64,000 nucleotides of DNA, taken from the NCBI RefSeq assembly GCF_018350175.1, contig NC_058368.1:199766001-199830000 (forward strand). The letters are read 5' to 3'. This document shows positions 48,384 to 59,768 of this stretch, one piece after another. Source of the stretch: Felis catus. Its lineage: Eukaryota. Made by a program: the position numbers and the translations under genes. Position 1 is the stretch's first letter. Each line of letters starts with the position of its first letter. Below the pieces are notes generated by a model, which was not told where the DNA came from, did no database searches, and saw only the letters and a list, made by a program, of their open reading frames with translations.

Positions 48384-49180
48384 TTTTTTGATTCATTAAT
48401 TATTTTTCTAGTTTCAGGAGTAGAATTTAGTGTTTCATCACTTGCATATAACACCCAGTGCTTATTCTTTTTGTTTGTTTCAAGTTTTTATTTAAATTCT
48501 AGTTAGTTAACATGTAGGGTAATATTGGTTTTAGGAGTAAAACTTAGTGATTCATCACTTACATATAACACCTAGCGCTCATCCCAACAAGTGCCCTCCT
48601 TAGTACCCACCACCCATTTAGACATCCCTCACCCACCTCCCTCCATCAACCCTTAGTTTGTCTCTACAGTTAAGAGTCTGTTTCCTGGTTTGTTTCCTCT
48701 GTTTCCCCCCACCTCTTCCCCTATGTTCATCTGTTTTGTTTTTTAAGTTCCACATATGAGTAAAATCATATGGTATTTGTCTTTCTCTGACTGACTTATT
48801 TATCTTAGCATAATACATTCTAGCTCCTTCCACGTCATTGCAAATGGCAAGGTATCATTCTCTTTGATGGCTGAGTAATTGTACAATAGTAATTGTAATT
48901 GTATATATACTACATCTTCATATCCATTCATCAGTGATGAACATTTGGGCTCTTTCCATAACTTGGCTATTGTTGATAATGCTGCTATAAACATCAGGGT
49001 GCATTTTTAACTTTTTGAGGAACCTCCATATAGTTTTCCAGAATGGTTGCACTAGCTTGCATTCCCACCAATGGTGTAAGAGGGTTCCCCTTTCTCTGCA
49101 TCCTTGCCAACACCTGTGGTTTCCTATATTATTAATTTTAGCCATTCTGACAGGTATGAGGTGGTATCTCATTGCAGTGC
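48384..49180 (-). mobile_element. Two stacked L1 3' fragments (short outer tail plus ~700-nt inner copy 48471-49174)
   Basis: Outer TSD TTATTCTTTTAAATTTA (48367-48383 / 49181-49197); inner TSD CAGTGCTTATTCTTT (48456-48470 / 49175-49189). Confidence 0.88.
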
Positions 49181-49260
49181 TTATTCTTTTAAATTTATTT
49201 TTATTTAGGAAGATAATAAGTCAGTGCATGCATATAATTTTTAAAAAATAAAAAGTATAG

Positions 49261-49453
49261 GAGGGCCTGTGTGGCTCAGTCAGTTAGGCATCCAACTCTT
49301 GGCTTCAGCTCAGGTCATGATCTCACAGTTCATGGGTTTGAACTCTGCATCAGGCTCCCTGCTGACAGTACAGAGACTGCCTGGGATTCTCTCTCCTCTC
49401 TCCCTGCCCCTCCTGAGCTCTCTCGCTGTCTCTCTAAATAAATAAACTTAAAA
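49261..49453 (+). mobile_element. SINEC
   Basis: Diverged head, CT-rich body, A tail. Confidence 0.87.
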
Positions 49454-50635
49454 ATATATATATACATATATATATATGGGATGAAAAAAATATATATACA
49501 TATATATATGAGATGAGTATTCAAATGTTAGAGGTGATATGGTACACTGGGGGTGATATAATAAAATGTGTGAACTATATAATAAAACCTTTGAGCATTC
49601 ACTCCTAATGTGCACATTTTTATTATTTTTAGAAATAGTATGTAAATGTATGTTTATAATATGTATTATAGATGTCTTATACAGATGAATGTTCAAAATG
49701 TTTGAAGAGCACTGATCTAGTTCACCCATTATCTCCTTAAATAAGTTAATGATCTGTACTCAGTCTTCATACCCTTCAACTTTGGTAGCATTTGACACCA
49801 CTCAAGTTCCTTCCACCTCATGTTGATTAAACTCCTATCTTATGCCAGAAATGATGCTAGAAATTAGGCATACAAAGTTGTATAAGAAACATGCCCTTGA
49901 TTCTAAGTCCCAATCACTATTTTTGAATCTCTACTTTCCCTTGATTCCCTAACATAGATTTCCTAATCTATTTTAGTTCTTCAGAACTCTAAAACTCGTC
50001 AGTGCTGGGTTTTTTTGGCATGATTGAATTGAGTAATTTTTTCGATGCACCAGGAAATATTGCATGGAAATATGACTTAGTTAGCTTTTTAGTCTTGCAC
50101 CTTTAATAACTTTATGCATTAATAGAAAGCCTCTGAGATATGGATAATTAAAACAGCAATTCCAAACACAAAGGATCCAAAATGATGACTTTTTTTTCTT
50201 TTAGAATGCAATTACTTAGTCAAGACCAGAAACAGAGTATTTCTCCTTACTTCTAAATGCAACCCTGGTACTGACAGGTGTATACTTAATAATTTGTTTT
50301 GAGGAGGGAGAGAGGTATGGATAAACTTAGATTTCTGTAAGGAATCAGCAAAACAATCTTAAACATTAATGGAAAGTGGTCCACAGTCTAGGGCTAGATG
50401 GTCCACGAGGCAGCACATTTCCCATGCATCTTGTTAAATCAGGTCTTCAATCTGTATTGAAAGACTGGATGCAATTGGACCTCATATGACTAAAGATACA
50501 AAGGTAAAAAAAAAAAAAGCTGTGTCTATTTCTTTAAGACAGAATTATGATTGATTTTGTTATTGTTTTTTAGTAAGGTTTATAACAATGAGATCTTGTT
50601 ATTTGTAAAAAATCATATTTCTAATTACCACTTAC

Positions 50636-50745
50636 TTTGCAGATTCAGTTTTTCACATGTAGCAGTGGACAGATCAACAGGACATTTATACACGTCTCCC
50701 ATTCGGTTCTCAGGAAAACCACTCCAAGGTGAACCAACCAGTAAC
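50636..50745 (-). CDS. ITGA2: ITGA2 exon 3 (110 nt): (W)LLVGSPWSGFPENRMGDVYKCPVDLSTATCEKLNLQ
   Basis: ctag|G acceptor, A|GTAAGT donor, FG-GAP repeat 1. Confidence 0.97.
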
Positions 50746-50964
50746 CTAGAAAGAGGAATTTTTTTTCATTAAATATAAAATGTTAGCTATAGTCTCTTAA
50801 AGATTAAAACTGACCACTAAACAATGAAAAAACCCACATTTAATTTCAATTTTTAATAAGAAAATAGTAATTCATATTTGTTCAGCTATAACCAGTTCTT
50901 TTTCCTTTCCTCTTAGCTGGTCCAAATTCTTAAATGATTTTAATATTTTTTAAATGATTTTAAA

Positions 50965-51167
50965 TTTTTATTTTTTTTTATTTTAGAGAGAGAGTGTGAG
51001 TGGGGGAGAAGGGCAGAGATGGAGAGAGAGAGAGAGAGAAAGAGAGAATCTTAAGCAGGCTCCATGCCAAGACCTGAGCACAGGGCTCAACCCCACGACC
51101 CTGGGATCATGACCTGAGCTGAAACCAAGAGCTGGATGCTCAACTGACTGAGCCACCCAGACGCCCC
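50965..51167 (-). mobile_element. SINEC
   Basis: Reverse SINEC body. Confidence 0.87.
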
Positions 51168-51204
51168 TGCTGATCCTGATTCTTGATGAATATGGGAAAT
51201 ACAT

Positions 51205-51410
51205 TAGAGAAATATAATGCAGGCCACAAATGTGATCTGCATATGTAATTTTAAATTTTCTACTAGCTACATTAATACAATAAAAAGCAAAGGTGAATTA
51301 ACTTAAATAATATATTTTCTCTAACTTGATATACAATCATTATAAAAATCATTCATGAGATATTTGACATTCTTTTTTCCATACTAAGTCTTTGAAATTC
51401 AGTGTTCAGA
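51205..51410. mobile_element. MER3/MER33-like hAT DNA transposon relic
   Basis: aatataatgcaggccaca...aattttaaattttctactagctacatta...ctaagtctttgaaattcagtgt resembles these families as recalled. Confidence 0.6.
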
Positions 51411-54210
51411 TGTTAATTTACATAGGGAGCAAATGAATTACCTAAGTGGTTTTACTGTTTATTGTCTACATAAGGGGATCCTTAGCAAAAACACAGAGCA
51501 AATATACTATGGAGCTCTCCTTCCATGTAACACATCAGTAGCTAGAATGCAGGAAGCAGAGTTTAGAGACTGGTGCTCACATCCTTCTTTGGTTAGTTTT
51601 GTTTCCTACAGAGCTTCTCCAACTAGAGACTATTTCCCTGTGGAACCATTCATCTAACATTTCTGGTCACAGAAGAATGGACAGAAAGAGTCCATGCAAA
51701 CAGTCTGATCTTTAGAATCTGTAGTAGGTTAATTACTCAGCAGCATCCAGTTACTAAGAAAGCACATCTGATTCAATGTTGTTTCCTTGTCAAAGTTGGG
51801 AAAGATGAGACGAAACTTAAATTCTTTCATGAGGCTTCTGCATGAATGTTTTGGCATTATTGATTAAATAACATGTGCCTCACACTAAGTGCCACAATGA
51901 GTACAGAAAGATGAAGGTGTGCTTCTATCTACTAAATCCAGTAAAGCTGTTTAAAATACATGCCAAGGAAAACAATAACAGTCCAAATGAACAGAAATAT
52001 AGAAATAGGCTTCCCTCTGGAACAAACATTAAAATGGTCAGAGGATACAAAAATGAATACCAGAGGATGAAGGTGTCAGTCATTATTCTCAGCAGAGGGA
52101 AGAGTATGAATACAGAGGAAAGAGGAAAATACAGATTATTTTGAAAGACAGTTAATGATTCACATAGCTAGTGAGAGCCAAGTGTAACTGATTCTGAAGC
52201 CCAAGCCCTTAACCCTTAGGTTATTCTCCTTCCTCTTAGCCACAAGAAGGCCTGGCATAGGGCCCAGATTGGGAAAGCTATCTGAACAAATGGGTTGGGT
52301 TCCAGAATAATCAAGGAATAGAAACTGGAAATGATGGTCAAGCCATACCTACTGTGATGGGGGTGTGGCTGTGTGGCGTATAAGGACGCTGTGGACACGA
52401 AGGACACCAGCCAAGGTCATCTGGTAAGCACACATCCACACTGTAGGCCCAGGCTGTACTGTTCATAATATAGGTAAGGGCAGAGTATGTTCAAATAGTA
52501 CTAAATGTGGTAATTCAGGTGACTTGTACTGTGTACATTTTCCATCCATCCTCACCAGCCCAAGAGAAGCACACTGCAGAATAAAAGTTAAGTGTTTCTC
52601 ATCTAACATTTAACCATCCTGTTCTTCAGAGCCTTTGGCAATAAAGCACCGTCAGCTACCTTTTTCTCAATGAGAAAGCTCAAAAGGCTACTTGCTTTCT
52701 CCTATTGCCTAAGTGTTCCCCGGATACTCTCCCCTTCACTTCTTCCTGCCTCATCAAAGAATTCAGGATTTGATAATCTCACACTCAGGAAGGGTTATGA
52801 CATCTCCACTACTGTTGTGAGGGCCGTGGTCTCCTACATTAATCAGATGGGAAGAAGAGAGAGAAAGAAGTATCTGTACAATTGTGTGCCTCTTAACAAA
52901 AAGGATGTGAACGTACTTGAAATTCTCTCAAAGAATACATAGATCTCTGGCAGTATTATGCCATATTAAACTCTTAACACAAAACAATAGAAAACAGTGG
53001 AAAAACAGATCATTCCGGTGACCGGTAAAGAACAAGGGTGTCCTTATCATATATGACTCATTTTTTTAAATATGGCGAACCACATTAGTAAGACGCCAAC
53101 AGGTCATGCTAGTGACTGCAGAGAATGTTTCATAGAGCATTGCTAACTCCTTGTTGGCAACATTTCCAGTAGACTCTCCTCCTTGCTTTCACCCGGAGGC
53201 CTCAGTGAAATTCTGATTCCTGACAATTCATCCTCATAAGGAAAGGCTATGACATCACTAGTGGCTGCTCCAAAGGAATTGTGACATTCTTATATTAATC
53301 AGACAGGAAGATGAGGAGGCTGGTATATTTATTTATAAAATCTTATGTAATCAGCTGTAACAGGAAGAAACATGCCAGGAGAGAATGTTACAAATGTGAA
53401 GAATAGGATAGGTTAGTGAGTAAATCCTGCTGAAGTATGGCAAAGCTTCTTTGAAGTAATGGACTTAACTTAATCACAACCAGACAAAAGAGCTGCATGA
53501 ACAGTCGTGTGTGCTGATTCTGAAAACAAAACAAAATCCCAAGACATAAACTCTTTTCTCCTGCAGTGAAACTGGGAATTCTTCCAAGATGACTTAAAAT
53601 AACACTTACTGTTCAATTATCTTGTGGGGAAATAGTGATTATGTAGAGTTCCAAAACATAGCCAATTTGCCCACCTCCAGTGGAATTCAAAATACTTTGT
53701 TTAGTTAGTAAACAGTATTTATGGTGGTGTAGGTAGTTTTAAACCCACAATCCAGGGGCTGTTATAAATATCTTCCTTTGGTCCGTGAGTCTATAAACTC
53801 TCCAAGTGTTCCTTTAATACTAGCGATTTTTCTAGAGATTATTGACAGACGTGTACTTAAAATAGTAGGGCAAAACAAGCTTTATTTGATGCTACCGATG
53901 TTTATTACGATCCTACGAGGCTGAAATTTTGCACCACACCAGGGGGTACCATTTCCATATAAATAGTGTGCCCTGGCCTTGTTACGTATGCATCCTGTGA
54001 GGTTGTACATGGTGGCCAGACCTACTATGTGCCAGACTCGATTCTAGGCACTAGGGATACATCAGTGAATAAGTCAGTCAAAAATTACTGGTCTTGTGGA
54101 ACTTACATTCTAGTGGGAAAAGATAGGCAACTTTAATAAGTAAATAAAACATATCATGATGGTGATCAGTGCTCTGTGGCAAAAATGAGCAGGAGAGTTA
54201 GGAGTACAGG

Positions 54211-54506
54211 AGGATTCTCACACAGAGTCATGACACTGAGGCTTTTCTTTCCAGGAAGCAACTTTATTCGAGCCGGCACTGCTCAGTTGGGTTTGTACCA
54301 GAAGAACTGCACCCCGAATGCCACGTGGTGTAGTTTTTTATACATTTTCTATTTCTTTGTCTCCATATATGGTAACACACAAACAGTCTGATTAAGTGGT
54401 CTCATGCTACAAAGTTGTGAGGGATGTTGTCACGTACACATATAGACAGGCTGCCTTGAGGTTTTTTTGTTTTTTGTTTTCTCCTTGGGGAGGGGACCCT
54501 CCCACA
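54211..54506 (-). mobile_element. Probable solo LTR (~300 nt) inserted in an L2 relic
   Basis: Minus strand starts TGTGGGAGGG; CArG 54363-54372, TATAAAA 54342-54336, AATAAA 54268-54263; terminal CA and TSD not clear. Confidence 0.65.
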
Positions 54507-54614
54507 CGGGTGGGGGTGGAAGGTGTTGTAATCTTTATTAGAATGGTCAGGGAGGCCTCACTGAGAAAGTGTCATTTAAGCAAAGACTTGAAGGAGGTAA
54601 AGAAGCAAGCCACA

Positions 54615-54837
54615 GGGGCGCCTGGGTGGCACAGTCGGTTAAGCGTCGGACTTCAGCCAGGTCACAATCTTGCGGTCCATGAGTTCGAGCCCCGCGTCAG
54701 GCTCTGGGGATGGCTCGGAGCCTGGAGGCTGCTTCCGATTCTGTGTCTCCCTCTCTCTCTGCCCCTCCCCCGTTCATGCTCTGTCTCTCTCTGTCCCAAA
54801 AATAAATAAAAACGTTGAAAAAAAATTAAAAAAAAAA
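54615..54837 (+). mobile_element. Young SINEC_Fc-type SINE
   Basis: TSD AAAGAAGCAAGCCA(C/T)A (54599-54614 / 54838-54853). Confidence 0.95.
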
Positions 54838-55276
54838 AAAGAAGCAAGCCATAAAATTCTGGAGGAAAAATAATCCAGGCTGTGGGAACAGCAAATGCAA
54901 AGGCCCTGTGGCTGGTCTGCAGTGATAAGGAGGAATGTGGGAGGAGATGTAGTCAGATGGGTCACAGGACCAGATCCCATAAGACTGGTATGAAATTGTA
55001 AGAACTTGGCTTTGCCTCTGAGTGACATGAGAAAGCCACTGGAGAGTTTTCAGCACAGTAGTGATATGATCTGACATATTTTAGAAGGGTTTTGAAGGCT
55101 GCTCTGTTGAGAATGATTGCCCTGGGGTAAAGGTGAAGCAAGTGAAGCATTTTGGAAGCAAATGCAAAATTCAGGCGAGAGGAGATGAGGGGCTCCCACA
55201 GGGCTCATGAGAAGTGATCTTATTTTAGATGTATTTTGAAGGTAGGGCCAGTAGGATTTCTTGAGGTTAGTTTTTA

Positions 55277-55277
<1 letters not shown>

Positions 55278-55313
<36 letters not shown>
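55278..55313. repeat. (CA)n microsatellite followed by a poly(C) run
   Basis: Directly visible. Confidence 0.97.
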
Positions 55314-55315
<2 letters not shown>

Positions 55316-57784
55316 TCACCCCCCCCCCCCCCGCCACACACACTCACCCCACACACAAATAATCAAGGATGATTCTGGGGTTTCTCTGCTAAGAAACTAA
55401 AAGGAACCAATTAGTCATGATTAGATAAGGGGGCTACTATCAGTAGAGCAAGATTTTGAGATAAGGTGACCTTAAGAGTTCAGTATGAGGTATTTTAAGT
55501 TTGAGATGTCTATCAGACATCCAAGGGGGGTATTTACTTAGGATTAGAAGCCTATTGTATACAATATATTAATGTAAGAAATTTCAAAGTCTATGAATAC
55601 ACAGTATATAAACATAAATATTATTCCTTACGTGGTTTAGTTTTAAGCCACTGACAACACAAGGGGTCTGGTGAGTTCTATATAGCTAGTTGCTTCCTGC
55701 TTGTAATGCAAAAGGAGTTTTATGATGGAAAGGGGAAGACTTCAAATCTCTAGGAAGGAGGAAGACAGGTAAAGAGAGTTCATTTTTAGCTCCTGGCTGG
55801 GAAATGCTGTTGTTATAAATTTAATAGTTAAACCCTTTGGCATGTGTTAAAAGGAAATTTTAGTTTCTAAACTTTATTATGCTACTTCAGACTCCGTTGG
55901 CTGCCAGATTGCTTCCTTAAATAGTGGGATGGCTAAACCCTCAAGGTCTCTCAGTTCCCTAAGGTGAAGTCCACCAACCTCATTATTGCTAAAACATCTT
56001 AAGCCTATTCTGTTTCATAAGAAGCCTAGAAATTAGCTTTTGCACTGGAAACAAATGAGTCAATAAAAGCTGATTCTGTTACATTGACTCATCCAACATG
56101 AGGTTTTCCTAAAGTTAAAATCAAAAGCTGATATTTTCAATTTAAAGCCTTGTGATGACATAAATTCCACATTCTTGGAAGGAAAGGAATGGTCTTAAGA
56201 CCACCATATTTTTATAAATCAAAGCCCATGAGATAGTACCTCTCAAACAAGGTTCTTTGGCAGATGGTTGTTTTATGAATGAGAAAATTTGGAAAAGCAA
56301 CATTTATGAACTGCTTTACAGTTTATAAAGTACGTTTTATGTACATTGTCTCCTTTGATGCTTGTAAATTCCCAGAGAAGTCAAGTGTTACAACTATTCC
56401 TGTTTTCCTATGAAAAACCAAGTCTCAGTGTCTACTTGGCAACAAAGTCTAGAGCTGCACCTGTGTGCTTTCATTCCAAACCCCTGATTCTTTCTATCAT
56501 AGTAAGTTCTGTTTAGAAGTCTCCCAGAGAAGAGATACTCATTGTCTGCCCATCCTATTGGCTATAAACAAATTAACAAACAGTTCCAAACTGTGCCACT
56601 TAGTATTCCCTAAATCCCTTGTCAGATGGGGCTAGACTGATGGAAAAGTTTCAGACAACTGGCCACCAGGAAGGTGCGCATGTGTAAGCCCCATTCACCT
56701 TTGTAAATGAACTTTGTTCCAGGAACAGACATTCAGGCATTAACATAGAGGAAAGCTTTAAATTATAAGCCAAGCTAGTGAGGCGTGGAGAATTTTCCCA
56801 GATCACTGGAGGTCTCCAGATATTTGAGAGCAGCAGATCCAACCCCTGTGCAAGTCACAAAAGATGGGTGTGTATGTGTGTTTGTTTGTAGGTATATGCA
56901 CAAATTTGTGTCCATAGTGGGGGAAGGGAGAAGCAAGTCAGAGCAGGGATATTTAAAATGGCTTTTCTACTGTAGATTTTTATTTATGATAAGTAACACC
57001 AACTATGGAAAAAGTCTAGCCATAAAGATTATTTTAAAATGGAAAAGAAATGAACAATTATGGTGTAACAAATATATGTGGATCAACCCCAGGGTGGTCC
57101 ATGGGGTTCTAAAAGGTACTTGGTTCCCTATTTATTCTGCCCCTAGAGAAGGTCCTTGTTGACAAGAGACATGCCATTTTGCACATCCATATTAGTCGTA
57201 TTGAATGATGGCTTAATTATATGGCAATACCATAATTATTTATAAAAATATTGACAATAAATTTTTAAACTTAAAAGTGTAAGACTATTACAGTCAGACT
57301 TCTTATGCCTTTCCAGAAACAAAAATTAGAGTAAGTCACAAGTTAGTGAAAATAACATGGAATGGAAGAACAAAAAGGAATATATATGTCATGGGTTTAA
57401 ACTAAAAGCAAACCCTGTGAATAAACAAAGTAAGCATGTTAAATGGCCCTGCCAGGCTAACCTAATGGCAGGAGAATTTTATCTTTGGAAAAAGACATAA
57501 AGGATGATATTGGCTAATATTTAAAGGCCACAATGAAAGACAAAGACATGATTATTTTGGAAAAGGGATCAGAATAGCATTCTTGGCCAAGAAGAAGAAG
57601 AAATGGACTGAAGCTAATCCAATATGCATGGAAGTTAATTGATGACAGATGAGAAATGGTTGAGAAACAGGCAGTGGAGAGAGGTAGGGAAAAACTTGTT
57701 ACTAAAAATCCTGATTTTCTTCCTATGTATTTTTACACAGTGCTGAGGAGAGTAACTCACATATGCATAGTGGTTTAGTTTTTG

Positions 57785-59768
57785 TTTTTGTTTTGTGTTT
57801 TACAGTGGACATAATTTATTTTTTTTAAACAGTGGACATAGTTTATTTATGTTTTTTAAGGTTTTGTTTTATTTTTTAAAGTTTATTTATTTACTTTGAG
57901 AAAGAGAGTGCGAGCGGGGGGGAGGCAGAGAGAGAGGGAGACAGAGAATCCCAAGCAGGCTCTGCACTGTCAGCATGGAGCCAGATGTGGGGCTTGAACT
58001 CACAGAACCATGAGATCGTGATCTGTGCCGAAACCAAGAGTCAGACGCTTAGCCAACTGAGCCACTCAGGAGCCCCAAGGTTTTATTTTGATTCCAGTTA
58101 GTTAACATACAATGTAATATTAGTTTTAGGTGTACAATATAGTGATTCAACATTTCCATACAACACCTGGTGCTCATTGCAAAAAGTGCACTCCTTCATC
58201 ACTCTATTTAACCACATCCTCCACCCACCTCCCCTCTGATAACCATCAGTTTGTTCTCTATAGTTAAGACTAGTTCTCTCTCTCTCTTTCCCCCTTTGTT
58301 TAGTTTCTTAAATTCCTCAATGGGTAAAATCTTATGGTATTTGCCTTTCTCTGAGTTATTTCACTTAGCACTGCACTCCATCCATGTTGTTATAAATGGC
58401 AAGGTTTCATTCTTTCTATGACTGAATACTATTCCATTGTGTTTACATACCACATCTTTTTTACACATTCATCAATAGATGGACACTTGGGCTGCTTCTA
58501 TATCATGGCTATTGTAAATAATGCTGCAATAAACATAGGGTGCATACATCACTTTGAATTTGTGTTTTTGTATTATTTGGGTAAATACTCAAAGTAGTGT
58601 GATTGCTGGATCATAGGGTAGTTGTATTTTTAACTTTTTGAGGAATCTCTACACTGTTTTCCACAATGGCTGCACCAGTTTTCATTCCCACCAACGGTGC
58701 AAGAGAGTTCCCCTTTCTCCACATCCTTGCCAACATCTGTTGTTTCTTGTGTTGTGTTTAGCTATTCTGACAGGTTTGAGTTAGTATCTCATTGTAGTTT
58801 TGATTTGTATTTCCCTGATGGTAAGTGACGATGAACATCTTCTCATGTGTATGTTGCCATCTGTACGTCTTTGGGGGAACTGTCTGTTCATGTCTTATGT
58901 ACATTTTTTAGTTGACTTGTTTTTTGGGTGTTGAGTTTTATAAATTCTTTATATATTTTGCAAACAAACCCTTTATGGAAAATGTCATTTGCAAATATCT
59001 TTCCCCATTCCATAGGTTACTTTTTAGTTTTTTTTTTATTGTTTCCTTCACTATGCAGAAGTTTTTTATTTTGATAAATCCCAATAGTTTATTTTTGATT
59101 TTATTTCTCTGGCCTCAGGAGACATATCTATAAAGATGTTACTATGGCTGATGTCAAGAAGTTACTGTGTGTGTTCTCTTCACACATTCTTATGGCTTCA
59201 GGTCTTGAATTTAGGTCCTTAATCCACTTTGAATTTATTTTTGTGTATGGGGTAAGAAAGTTTCTTTCTTTTGCATGCTGCTGTCCAGTTTTCCAAACAC
59301 CATTTATTGAAGAGACTATCTTTTTCCTACTTTATTGAAGATTAATTGACCATATAGTTGTGGGTTTATTTCTGGGTTTTCGTTTCTGTTCCATTGATCT
59401 ACGTGTCTATTTTTATGCCAGTACCATACTGTTTTGATGACTACAGCGTTGTACTATAACTTAAAGTCTGGAATTATGATGCCTCCAGCTTTGCTTTTCT
59501 TTTTTAAGATTGTTTTGGCTATTTGAGGTCTTTGTGGTTCCATACAAATTTTAGGATTTTTTTGTTCTGTGAAAAATGCTATTGGTATTCTGATAGGTAT
59601 TGCATTAAATGTGTAGATTGCTTTGGGAAGTATAGACATTTTAACAATATTCTTCCAATCCATGAGAATGGAATGCCATACCATTTTGTTGTCATTTTCA
59701 ACTTATTTTATCATTGTTTTATAATTTTCCGAGTATAGGTCTTTTACCTCTTTGGTTGGTTTATTCCT
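57785..59768 (-). mobile_element. 5'-truncated L1 (~1.7 kb) with a SINEC (57872-58076, -) in its tail
   Basis: ORF2 C-terminal relic (ORF 59454..59684 [17 protein letters not shown]); TSD ATAGTGGTTTAGTTTTTG (57767-57784) / ACAGTGGTTTATTTTTTG (59769-59786). Confidence 0.9.

Larger units (their letters stand above)
2361..50745 (-). other. ITGA2: ITGA2 gene body (integrin alpha-2, CD49b), coding exons 3-23; gene extends beyond both window edges
   Basis: 21 exons with canonical AG/GT, summing to 2640 nt in one open frame; translation closely follows the human ITGA2 sequence as I recall it (VVVCDESNSIYPW, VTDGESHD, FG-GAP repeats). Confidence 0.98.
54020..55530 (-). mobile_element. L2 relic interrupted by LTR, SINEC and (CA)n
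   Basis: cctactatgtgccag...ctaggcactagggatacatcagtgaataag and gaaagccactggagagttttcagca...tgatctgac are typical reverse-strand L2 3' sequence. Confidence 0.75.
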
